Source of the DNA: Octopus bimaculoides
Lineage: Eukaryota
DNA length: 63,435 nucleotides
Assembly (NCBI RefSeq): GCF_001194135.2
Contig: NC_068983.1
Coordinates: 12,839,808 to 12,903,242 of the forward strand
Direction: 5' to 3'
The notes under the pieces are model-generated. The model was given only the letters and a program-made list of their open reading frames with translations, did not search any database and was not told the DNA's origin. The position numbers and the translations under genes were made by a program. Shown in pieces: positions 1 through 12,502 of the stretch. Each line of letters starts with the position of its first letter. Position 1 is the first letter of the stretch.

Positions 1-51
<51 letters not shown>

Positions 52-318
52 TGGATGGATGGAAGAATGAATGGATGAATGAAAGGTAAGGGATATCTAC
101 TTAATATATAAACTTATACAGCAAAAATTGTATAAACAATGTGAAATGTACTCACTTCATGGGCTTCGAATAAATTTATACGACATATCTTAAGCCTTTA
201 TACGGGCATACACCCACCCACACACGCATGATTTATCCGATACTACATATATAATTCTTTCTCTTAATATATACACACTCTCGCACACATTTAAACACAC
301 ACTCACACATAAAGGCAT

Positions 319-690
319 AGGTGCAGGAGTGGCTGTGTGGTACGAAACGTGCTTCCTATACACATGGTTCCGGATTCAGTCCCACTGCATGGCACCCTGG
401 ACAAGTGTTTCCTACGATAGCCTCGAGAGTGGATTTTGTAGACAGAAACTGAAAGAAGCTCGTCGTATATATATTTATTTATTTTTATATATATGTATGT
501 ATATGTGTGTCAGATTTTGTCCCCCCACTACCACTTGCCACTGATGTTGGTGTTTGGTCGTCTCCAAAAAGAGTCCGATGGAATAAGTACTAGGCTTACA
601 AAGAATAAGTCCTGGAATCGATTTGTTCGACTAAAGGCGATATTCCAGCATGGACACAGTCAAATGACTGTAACAGGTAAAAGAGTAAAA
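319..690 (+). mobile_element. tRNA-headed SINE, family A (local name), near full length with small internal deletion
   Basis: Head AGGTGCAGGAGTGGCTGTGTGG (A-box-like) and GGATTCAGTCCC (B-box-like), internal TA/TG tract, 3' GCATGGACACAGTCAAATGACTG and (AAAGAGT)-type tail. Aligns by eye with about 11 other copies in the window. Confidence 0.9.
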
Positions 691-1800
691 GTGTATGTGT
701 GCGCGTACGCGTGCGCGCGTGTGTGCATGCTTGTGTTTGTTTGCGTGTGTGCGTGTGTGTGCGTGTGTATGTGTGCGGATATATGTATGCATGCGTGTAT
801 GTGCGTACATGTATGAGTATGTGCGTGCTTGGATATACCTGAAGGTCTATTGCAAATCCTATTTAAACATCAGTTGAAAAACTCTTCGATGCAAATACTT
901 ATTATGTACATCAAAGCTGATACGTCAAGTATAGAACGTTTTGTTCCTGGGAAATTGTCCATAGCACACTCTTATATCTCTTAGACATCTCATCTTCGTG
1001 GTTCAGCAATGGTCGTTTAATTTGAACAATCGTCTAAATGTATTTGCTATAACCCTGAACAACTTTGGGAATTGTACTGGGTTCAGTAAATATTTAAATT
1101 TCAGAAGAGCACAGGAAATGCTGTAAGTGTTCATGAAGCTCTCTTATCTGAAGTCCCATCAAAGTTATTCTTGTAGGTCAAATATGCGACCTATCTCACA
1201 TTACATATCCTAGTATCAATGCACAATTTGATTCTGTTCTTTAGTATGACTTTTTGTTTCGTTTGAATGATCTACCGAGAGATATTTATAAAGAGTTGCA
1301 TTTGTTGTCTGTATTGGCTTTCCTGTCCTCGAGAGGGAGAACGTTTGAAAATATATGTGGATGAAAGAAGCTTGACATTTAAAACAGTAAAGTACAATAC
1401 GATGCTTCATTTCAAATTAAATTCTATTAACATTTGCATGCTATTTTGGAAATAAGGTATGACTATATATACGTATTTTATTACCGTTTGCATACGTAGA
1501 CATGCATGGACACTTAATGACAGAAATTATGGGTAAAACATATCCACAGGATATCTAAATGAGATACTCAAAGTCTTTTACAATCGCAAATAATTGAATA
1601 CATGGTGGTAAAAGAAAGCGTTTCACATATCCGCAAAGCAAGTTCACGGAAGCCCACTGCAAAAAATAGTCTGACAATCATTTCCTGCAAACATAAGGAA
1701 ACCGTTAGAATATAAGTTGCATTCAAGCAAATGTCCCAGCTTGGATGCAATCCAATGACCGAAACAGATAACAGATAAAACATAATACATGTATACACAC

Positions 1801-1847
<47 letters not shown>

Positions 1848-2469
1848 AATACAGAAGGAGCCGGTTCCTAACTTAGATCCAAGGCTCCTTCATTGGAATT
1901 TCAACAGCATTAACATGTCATTTTTGTATGTATGTAAATATGTATGTATACATGCACATTTCTGTTTTGTTTTATGCATGTCTTCTCATGCATACACTTG
2001 CATATCTAGACATGCTTATATACACTTAAATGATAAACACTGGAAAGTTATACACACTTTTATAGTTCAAATGGATTGGATCTGGTTTTGGGAATCCTAA
2101 TTTCTCAAGATTTCTATTTAGGCAGTGTGTTACATGTATGTATATCCATCTGTGTTTACCTCTGCAGAAGACATGTTTTACTAGTACAACACTATGAAAC
2201 TAGACAGAAAATGCAACTAAATTTTAGCGGCGAAATTTGAGTGGTACGAACTTAGATGGTACGTGGAGGGTCATTTTGGTAGTGATTGCATGGCTACGAA
2301 TTTATTCTCCAAATATTTTGTGTTATCATGAAAGATATACGAGAACATTTGTGTTATCATGAAAGAAATACGAGTACATTTATTTTTAATACGGTGGTGA
2401 ACGCCAATTCATGAAAGACATTGTGTGTTATATCATACAAGCATAGATAGACACAGACACACACACTTA

Positions 2470-2470
<1 letters not shown>

Positions 2471-2546
<76 letters not shown>
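2471..2546. repeat. (CA)n microsatellite
   Basis: Near-perfect CA dinucleotide run; one of many (TA)n, (CA)n and (TATG)n tracts across the window. Confidence 0.95.
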
Positions 2547-2551
<5 letters not shown>

Positions 2552-3455
2552 ACAAATGCATGCACACACACTCATACATATGTACATATTTTTTAATCGG
2601 CACAATGTTACAAAGTGACACTCGGGTCAGATAATTTGTGCATTGTACGCTTACTGTTACACGCGAAACTCTCGGGTCTTGACTCACTCTGGTAAATATC
2701 TAACGATTACATAGAACAAAAATGTATATAGAATTACGTGTATAGTTCTCTTTTATGTTGTTTATTTTCCCAAAACTATTGTGTGTCTATATTTATATGT
2801 ACGTACGTACGTACGTATATATGTATGCATATATTTATGTATGTATGTATGTATCTATGTATCTATCTCAATGTCGACCGTTCTCGCTTTCTATACATTT
2901 GCTTATGTGTATATTGTACGTGTGAATATGTTTATATCTATAAATGCAATTTGTTTATTTTACTTCAAGGACGAGCATTTTCTAACACACATTAGATTTT
3001 CTCTGAATTAAACAAATTCACTTAGTCGTATAAAAATTTCATTTGCAATGCATTGCCACCGAATTAGTTCAAAAGTTACGATGACATTCACAATGTGCTA
3101 CTATCTTCTGGAAACGTAATTTTCCTAAGATCTGTGAAGATAATTCATGCTCAACAGTCTACAATTTAGTGAAAATTTTAACGAGAGCAAAATGTCATCG
3201 AATCTAAAATTGGTAATTACTTTCAAGAAAGGTTATTAAACGTGTTATTGTTGATGACATTGTTCTTGCTCTGCAGCCCTAGGTCACCGATGTGCAGGTA
3301 GTCTTATGAGCAATGCTGTGCTTATTGTATACTATATTCGTATACATACACACTCGCATAAATGTACATACCCACACACGAGCATGCACGCACACTCACT
3401 ACATACGCACGCACGCACGCACGTATGCACGTACGCACGCGCGCGCACAAACACA

Positions 3456-3497
<42 letters not shown>

Positions 3498-3673
3498 AGC
3501 ACGTCAGTTTGTGTATCATACTGAAATTAGCTTCATCATCTCCCTCTCTTGCATTCTCTCCCTCTCTTTCCCTTTGTCCCTCTCTTTCCCTTTGTCCCTC
3601 TCTTTCCATCTTTCTCTCCATCCTTCTCTCTCTTTGTTTCTCTCTCTCTCTCTTTGTTTCTCTCTCTCTCTCT

Positions 3674-3719
<46 letters not shown>

Positions 3720-3985
3720 NNNNNNNNNNNNNNNNNNNNNNNNNNNNNNNNNNNNNNNNNNNNNNNNNNNNNNNNNNNNNNNNNNNNNNNNNNNNNNNNN
3801 NNNNNNNNNNNNNNNNNNNNNNNNNNNNNNNNNNNNNNNNNNNNNNNNNNNNNNNNNNNNNNNNNNNNNNNNNNNNNNNNNNNNNNNNNNNNNNNNNNNN
3901 NNNNNNNNNNNNNNNNNNNNNNNNNNNNNNNNNNNNNNNNNNNNNNNNNNNNNNNNNNNNNNNNNNNNNNNNNNNNNNNNNNNNN

Positions 3986-4017
<32 letters not shown>

Positions 4018-4020
<3 letters not shown>

Positions 4021-4416
4021 CGTAGGAGTGGCTGTGTTGTAAGTAGCTTGCTTACCAACCACATGGTTCCGGGTTCAGTCCCACTGCGTGGCATCTTGGG
4101 CAAATGTCTTATACTATGGCCTCTGACCGACCAAAACCTAGTTAGTGGATTTGGTAGACGGAAACTGAAAGAAGTATATCTATATGTGTATATGTTTGTG
4201 TGTCTGTGTTTTTCACCCCAACATCGCTTAACAACCGATGCTGGTGTGTTTAAGTCCCCGTAACTTAGCGGTTCGGCAAAAGAGACCGGTAGAATAAGTA
4301 CTAGGCTTACAAAGAATAAGTTCGGGGGTCGATTTGATCGACTAAAGACGGTGCTCCAGCATGGCCGCAGTCAAATGACTGAAACAAATAAAGGAGTAAA
4401 AGAGAGTTAAAAGAGT
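4018..4416 (+). mobile_element. SINE family A, full length
   Basis: AGGCGTAGGAGTGGCTGTG head, GGGTTCAGTCCC B-box, 3' AGAATAAGTACTAGGC and GGGGTCGATTTGATCGACT module, AAAAGAGT tail; begins directly after a (TA)n tract. Confidence 0.93.
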
Positions 4417-5244
4417 ATATATATATATATGTATTTGTAGGAAACGAAAATCGGTGAGTGGTGGCTAGTAGTTCAAATGATAGACGCGCGCGTATATCTG
4501 CCTTCTTGGGCTTTATCAGTAACATGTAAGCACTGCCAGCCTTAGACTAATAAGAAATCCGTCGATACCGACACAGGAAATCAGTGATCAAAAATCCCTG
4601 GTGTCGCAATAAGCTGCTTTGGTGAATAACAATCTATTATATGCAAGAGAATCTGTATGAATTTGAAATAGGCATCTGTGTATCATACATAATATAAATA
4701 CATGGCGAATAATCGAATTTACAGTATGAGTAGTCGTCCGAGGGCTGCGTAGACCCTGAGTAGACTCTGATTAGTGGCATTCCAGATTTGAGCATTGCAT
4801 CCGTTTTGAAGTGTCTACAGTGAAGTTACTGGATATCGCCTTTGTATATTTTGATCGAGCAGTTTGGAATTGAACACTTTTTGTTGCTTTTCGTACAGAG
4901 TTGAACGACCTTGTAGAAGCATTTGATCTGCAGCCTCTTTCTCATCATTTGTGGGTCTTTTTGTTTCGGCTCTTGACTTGCATGTTCCGGTTAAGTTGGT
5001 GGTTTCCTGTCTGTTTTATTTTTCTCAGGAAACGTCTTGTTTACCTTCTATGGCCTAGCTGCCCACGACCGATTTATAAATCCCTCACAAAACCTTCCTG
5101 GGTCCCTGGTTGGCTTGTGAATCCTTCTCGGCTCTAACTAGTGAAACGTCCTCCCCAACAACAACTACTATCATGAAGAGTTGTATCCTTCTTACAATAA
5201 GATAATGCACAACAATCAGTAAATTGACTGCTTGCAATGTAAGG

Positions 5245-5965
5245 AATAATAGACACTATATTAAATACTATAGTATACATTATATTACAGGACGCTATAT
5301 TAGGATACTATATTTGGACACGATATTAGGACACTACATTAGGACACTATACAGGCGACTATATTAGAATTATACTAAATGGCACCAAGACGATAGAATT
5401 ACGAAGGCGGTTGAATAGCAATATTGATAGAATTGTTTAGGTTGGTAGCATTGTAAGTATTGGCAGAATAGTATGGTGGAGCTGATACGGTTATAGAATT
5501 GTAGAAATGGTTAATGCGGTAGAAATTTAGAAATAGTAGGTAGGAAAATCATAGAATAGTAGCATTTGTAGGTGATAGAATGGCAGAAATGAGAGAAGAA
5601 TAGAATCGTAGAAATTGTAACGTGATGGAACGGCAGAATTGGTAGAAGAGTAGACTATTAGAATTTTAGGATGATAGAATTGTCGGCCTGGTAGAGCGAT
5701 AGAATTATAAATTTTTTTTAGATGATAGAATGGTAGAACTTGTAGGACAATAATAGAATAGTAGAACGGTAGACTTGGTAGGGCGATAGAATTGTAGAAT
5801 TGGTATATGGGTAGAATGGGTAGAACATTACAATGTTTGGAACGTCAGAATGGTAAAATTTATAAGTCATAAAAGCGGAAGTGGTAGTGCAGTAGAATAA
5901 CGGAATTTGTGGGTTGGTAGAATGATAGAATTGGTTGGATGGTAGAATGGTAGATATGTTAGAGC
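5245..5965. repeat. Degenerate short-period satellite: ACTATATTAGGAC-like units (about 5245-5380), then GGTAGAAT/GATAGAATT 8-9-mers (about 5400-5965)
   Basis: Dozens of TAGAA-containing units with many substitutions visible directly. Confidence 0.75.
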
Positions 5966-7524
5966 AGTCAATTAGTCAATTAGTAAGGTGGCAGTTGACA
6001 AAAGTGATTGTGCGATGGCCAAAGCCACTTCTGTCATTTCGTCGCTTATACCTGTAACATTCTTCGTTGTATCAATATCTTTCAAGAAGGAGGATAATTC
6101 TCCGTCTCTGTTTATACTATCTCCCCGAATGTGAGACCAGTGCTTATTGTAGAAATTTATATAAGAAAGTAACGATATTTATAAATTAAGAGAAAAGATA
6201 CATTTTTAATATTTCCTTACAAGAAATATGTTGTACTTTATTAACACAAACCGGTTTCTGTAAAGTGAAAACATCTAAATGGATTTTTCTAAATTTTAGT
6301 TAGAAGGGACTGAAAGAGAAACCTTCTCGATTGGAAACTGATAGGTTTTTATGTTTCAGCTTGAACACATGTAATATAAGATAGTTGAATAAGGTTTGAT
6401 AATAAGATAATTGAATAAGGCTTGACATTCTGGATACGAAAGAATAAAAATGATGGTTTGTAAATAAGTTTGGAGAGTAGACAGAGATATCTGACTGTCA
6501 AGAGAAGAGACATGCATATCGTAATATTATAAGCGGGAAGTGGTGTTTTATTTTTCTAACTTGTATTAATCTGTTTTGATCGTAAATAAAAGTCATATTT
6601 TTGCAACATATCTTTCTAGCCATCTTCGATTCTTTTTTTTTTTTTTCTAATGAAAAAATTCAGACTAAATTTGTAGTAGACTTCTTTAGACGTCTGATAC
6701 TGGTTTATCACAAATTTATTTTATTCATCAATATCTTCTCTATATTTATTCACAGTCAAATGTTATTGTGTTAGTTATAATTACTTTTGATTGTTCATTG
6801 TATACTGTAACGGATATTATATTATAGGTATCATACATTTTTCTTTCTCAATTTAAATCCATTTAAATGTAGTGTAATAATTACATTATTTGGCGTAAAA
6901 TACAGTAAAATCACCTTAATGTAATAATAGTAATCATTTTAACTAAGACGCCAACACTTTATTATATAATCACCGGAGCCGTGTGAAGAGGACGCTGAAT
7001 AATTTGAATACTGACGCATCTTAGGTTGTGTACTGAAGTAATTGAATTTCTGTAACAGATTTAGAAATATAATGAAAGTTGCCTTTCCTTACACACACCG
7101 TGTAGTATATACGAATTGAGTATAAATAAAATGTACTTGTCCATACTATCTTCACAACTATTTTAGTGTGTCGTCTGCATACTATTTTTGAAGGACAGTT
7201 CCCGATTATAATATGGCGTTACATATTTCACTTGAGGCAGAATATTGACTTATTTATCGAAGTATATTACGTGTGCCAATGGTGGCTTGCTGAGCTCATA
7301 TTCTCGATGATAACCTATTCGATGAGTCGTTAGACATTTGACATTTCTGAAAGTAATTCAACGATTGGAATATTACAAAATGGCTAACCTAAATCCCTAT
7401 CACCAAACATGATATCTGCTGATATCTCATATAACCAGGAGTATCTGTTTACAGAAGAATTTATCCAGAACATGGTGGCAATTGAGAAATATGCTTCAGC
7501 CGTTAAAGCAGGCAGAAATGAAGT

Positions 7525-7575
7525 TGCTGCTGCTGCTGCTGTTACCACCAACACCGTTACTACCACTACCAACAT

Positions 7576-7658
<83 letters not shown>

Positions 7659-7784
7659 ACACTACTACTACTACTACTACTTCTACTATTACTACTACTA
7701 CTTTTACTACTACTACCACTACTACTACTACTGCTGCTGCTGCTGCCTCTCCTGCCGTTACTACTACTACTACTACTACAACTA

Positions 7785-7819
<35 letters not shown>

Positions 7820-7917
7820 GCTGCTGCTGGTGCTACTACTACTACCACCACCACCACCACCAAAACCACCACCACCACCACCACACCCACAACAACAACA
7901 GCAACAACAACAACAAT

Positions 7918-7964
<47 letters not shown>
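7525..7964. repeat. Compound trinucleotide microsatellite (GCT)n/(ACT)n/(ACC)n/(ACA)n
   Basis: Alternating in-phase blocks of triplets that differ by one base; explains the poly-T/A, poly-L and poly-V ORFs. Confidence 0.95.
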
Positions 7965-8364
7965 TAATCTGGTATGCTTAGTTCATTGTGCAGAATATTA
8001 CAACTCTCTAACGGGATATGCTAATAGCATTGACTGTTTGATTTACAATCAATGGCCAGTTATTAATTAGCTGGTGCTTACCACGATCTATGTTTTCCGC
8101 GGTAGTGGCAACAGCAGAACGTCCAGACTTTAGGCCATCTTTAAATATCTGCCTCTCCATCCTAAATTCAGCTGCCAACACTTTGCAGGGTTCATAAAGT
8201 CTGAGCATCACTCATAGTGTCGGAATTAAACCCTTTTTCTGCAGGTACGTGAAAGCACGCCGATGTCAAGAGAATTCGCCACTAGTTACGTTTGAAGCCT
8301 TCTTGGAACAGTAAGTTGTCGGTTTACATGGAAACAAATAGTGCAGTTATTAATAACGGGAGTT

Positions 8365-8455
8365 GAAATTAATGTGTGCAAAATTTCACTGTTCTAGCCT
8401 CATTTCTGCAGAGACAGCTTATGAACTTTTCAGCCCATCCTCCTCTGTATTTCAA
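8365..8455 (-). mobile_element. Possible Tc1/mariner terminal fragment
   Basis: Minus strand reads TACAGAGGAGGATGGGCTGAAAAGTTCATAAGCTG, resembling mariner TIRs of the TACGAGGG...GAAAAGTT type. No transposase sequence adjoins. Confidence 0.35.
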
Positions 8456-9468
8456 TGTATGTGTCTGTATGTATGCACATATGCGCGCGCACAAAGATGA
8501 GAAAGAAATAGAAAGAGAGAGAGATAGAGTGAGAGAGAGAGAAGGAGAGACGGTGAGGGAGAGAGAGAAAGAGAGAGCGGGAGAGACAGAGAGAGAAAGA
8601 GAGAGAGAGGAATGTACATGAACCAACGCAACGGGTTTTTTTTTTTTTGGTTCATGTAAGTGATGTATTTATTCACTGACAATTTGCAAAGACTCAGCTG
8701 CTAGTCAGTGCTATGTCTCTCTGGTCTACCTGTATTGAAGGGAAAAAAACAAGAGAACAAAACCAAAAACATGAAAGTAAACGATTTCAAATATTTCAAA
8801 TGTGCCTCATAAAAAAAGCATATGAAAAATTTACCACAATTTTTGGTCACATAGACATTTTTTTTTCAAAAAATTTTCTTTCGCAAATTAAAATTCTATC
8901 ATGGTTTACAATAAGGAGGGATGCGGAATGGGTTCGCTTTTATGTCAAAACATAAAAGTTAATAGCTAAAAATACAAAATATCACATACAAAGAAAATAG
9001 CATTTAAAAAAAAAAAAATTGTTCCCGGCGTATATCACATATTAACTAAGCGCAATAATCTCTGGAAAATTCTTAAAATAATTTTTTTCTTCTTTTAACC
9101 AAATTTTTGTGTAAATTTTCTATATGTAAATTTGATTTTGTTGAGCTCAACATCTGCTTGTGCATTTCCAATAGTTGTTTTATTGCGACAGTTGTCATAT
9201 ACACCGCAAATATTGTGCAGGTATCACTACCTGCAAAGGATGTTGCAGTTGCTGTTGCAGGTGTTATTGGTTTCTAGATGTTATTGATGTTAGCACTATA
9301 ATCGCTCTGTATTTTTCATTTTGTTCCTAAGTGAAAAAAATAAAAAAATCATTCCATTGTTTCGGAATAATTACATTTGATGCAATCTTGTTTACCATAT
9401 TTATGTTTATATATATATATATACTTATATCATATTATATATATGTATGTACACATACACACACACAT

Positions 9469-9520
<52 letters not shown>

Positions 9521-10355
9521 GTATATATATATATGTATGTATGTATATATNNNNNNNNNNNNNNNNNNNNNNNNNNNNNNNNNNNNNNNNNNNNNNNNNN
9601 NNNNNNNNNNNNNNNNNNNNNNNNNNNNNNNNNNNNNNNNNNNNNNNNNNNNNNNNNNNNNNNNNNNNNGTGTGTGTGTGTGTATATGTGTGTATGAGAG
9701 AGAGTGTATGGGTGTACACATACATGCACGCATTCATGCATACATACATGTTACATACATATACACATGCATATGTATATACATACATACACACACAAAC
9801 ATATATATATATATATCACACACACACATATATATTGTATTATATCATATTATATAATGCATGTGTGCATATGTACAAATGAATACGCGTATACAACATT
9901 CATACAGATATACATAGAAACATATACATACATATATATATATACACATGCACACATTCACACACACACATACGTATAGATATTTATATGCTTGTATGTA
10001 TGTATGTATGTATGTATGTATATATGTATGTATGTATACTTGTGGGTGCGTGTGTCAAAAGATTTTACGTACATTCATGTTTCAAATATTCTTTCCTATT
10101 AGCTTGATATAAATCATGAATCTTGTTGCATGCCAGAAGATTTAAACAACTTAGGCAAAGAAACAAAATATAACACCACTCTTTTACACCAGCATATAAC
10201 ACCACCAACACTCCTCAACAACCACGAAAATCAGCAAAGGCAACAACAACAGCAACAATAAGAACATGAGAAGGAATCGTATTTAAATACCTACCTTTCT
10301 TTCTCTGTCTCTGACTCTCTGTTTCTGTCTACCTCTCTTTCTTCATGTGTGTGTT

Positions 10356-10439
<84 letters not shown>

Positions 10440-12053
10440 TTTAATATATGCACACATATACACATACATATATATATACACATAGATGCATACTATATAC
10501 ATATGTCGTTATAGTTTTATTATGTTATAGTAGCTTTGCTCATTTTCGCTATTCTCTTCCGCTTCATCGTCATCCTTCTCTTCCTTCTCCCCTCCTTTTT
10601 CTCATTATTATCGATGTTAGCAATAATATTAATGTGAGCATCATGGAACAAGAACATCAGCAAATAATCAGCATACGCTCACACACACACACACATACTC
10701 ACACACACACATACACACAGGGACACATAGACACTCACACTCGCAAACATGCACACATACTCACACGCACATACGCACTCACTAACATGCACTCACGCAC
10801 GTACGCACGCACGCAACTATCACGTTTTTCTATTAGCATAAGAAATAACAGAAATTACATTAATTTTTCTACCTCTTATTCAGGAAGACATGTAAACGTG
10901 ACAATGTTGAAGTATATTATGGCTTACAGCTTAGATGTGAAAAAATAAAAACATTGACTTTAATTAATCCACACTATTGGGTAAAGTAAAACAGTAATTG
11001 CATTGTACTGTTCACATTTGGGAAACAGTTTATTAAATGATATTCAGTTACATACTCACCAGAAAATGAAAGTCAGTGGCATTTCCTTCATTTTCTCAAT
11101 TGAAGACAAATAATTAATTGCTATTAATTATAAATGTTTACGAACATTTGATAATATTTTCATTTAAATGTTTTGCTATCAATTTTTCATAAATTATATA
11201 ATTATAATTAATAGGTAATTTTACTTGTCTTTGTTGGTGTTATTTTCTGCTATTTTCCATTTTATAAGATAAAATTAATGAATGTCATTTTTAATTTTGA
11301 CGTTTGAAAATCATTAAAGATATAAATTTGCTGATTATTTTACTCATTCCGAATAAAAAAAAAAACGCACAATATCTTGTTTGGAGTATTTCCAATTTTA
11401 AATGAAAACAAACTGCAAATATAAGCAATATGTAATCTTAATAAATCATATGAAATTTAATAATAAAAACTAATACTGGGCGTTCTTGTAAATGATCGAT
11501 GTTTATAAACTTTATCAAGCATCGTACGCATATTTAGGATTAAAATCAGTTCCACTAAGCAGTGCTACATGTTATTTGCAGGTGGCAATTATTTTTCATT
11601 TCGTTGTTTGATTATTGGGCTAAATCAATATTGATTTCTATTTTGGAAATGAAGTAATGTTCATCCGTCTACACCAAACTGTGTTGAGTGCTAAAAGAGA
11701 GTATATTTCTGTGCCAGGCAAAAATGGTTTGTTAGAGAAATTGGCATATATTTGCACATATTAAGATATGTCAACATGAAAGAATTTCATGTGAATTTCC
11801 AGTTGTTTTCGCAGGATTGCCCGTTAAAAAAATATATACGTATATAAACAACCAATATATAAACCCTACTGCGTTTCTTTTGATCCGCTTTGGATCTAAC
11901 CAAGCTCATTTGCACAATCTCAAAACGTGTGGCATTCATCTAACCTATTTTTTTAATGAGTGGAGTAACGTATGTTTTTGCAGATGTCATAGTTAGAGCT
12001 TCCAAGGTAACATCTATTTAGTTAGAAACTATTTTGATTAAATATACATAATT

Positions 12054-12502
12054 GGACTGCCATGCTGGCTTGGCGATAACTATAAATATCCAGTATGGCC
12101 ACTGTAGTCTCCTTTAGAGACACTTAGAAATATTAATATTTCTATTTTTAAAAGCCAGTACATGTATTTCACTGAATGTAGGTAAATAATCCTTCGTACA
12201 GACGGTCAGTAGCGATGCTTGCTGGGTTCGGCTGCTCTACATTCATAAGGGGCAATACCCCGAAACTAGTCTGTAGATGCCAGACCAGCAAGGGGAAGCG
12301 GCTGACCTCCCCTGTTCGAAGGTTATAATGGACACAGGTTCGTGTATCACATAGCTAGCTAGAGGCGATGGCCTCTTGGAGCTAATCAACGGTAGAATTC
12401 GTCCTATTTTTCTTGACTGCCATGTTGGCTTGGCGATAACTATTAATATCCAGTAACGCTGCCGTAGTCTTCTTTAGAGAAACTTAGAAATATTAAACTT
12501 TC
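12054..12502 (+). mobile_element. Retrozyme-like or PLE-pLTR-like non-autonomous element: 360-nt unit plus 91-nt partial repeat, one HHR motif, 11-bp TSD
   Basis: Direct repeats at 12055-12145 and 12415-12505 (11 mismatches in 91 nt, period 360); TATACATAATT at 12043-12053 and 12503-12513; HHR motif at 12236-12277; no coding capacity. Confidence 0.7.
12236..12277 (+). ncRNA. Minimal type I hammerhead ribozyme motif with decayed core
   Basis: TCTACA (stem I) - TTCATAA (3 changes from CTGATGA) - GGGG caata CCCC (stem II) - GAAA - CTAG (palindromic ACTAGT stem III) - TC cleavage site - TGTAGA (pairs with TCTACA). Confidence 0.75.

Noticed and set aside
1565-1690. Minus-strand acceptor followed by EMIVRLFFAVGFRELALRICETLSF
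   Set aside because: No recognisable protein and no convincing donor before the stop.
2317-2378. 31-nt tandem duplication; similar small ones at 6377-6428, 24796-24825 and about 37170-37220
   Set aside because: Ordinary local slippage; two or three copies and no unique spacers, so not CRISPR-like.
4720-5150. Relatively GC-rich unique stretch with 78-aa ORF
   Set aside because: No motif recognised in any frame; probably an unclassified transposon remnant.
5290-5370. Scattered TTAGG words
   Set aside because: Part of the degenerate ATTAGGACACT satellite, not a TTAGGG telomeric array.
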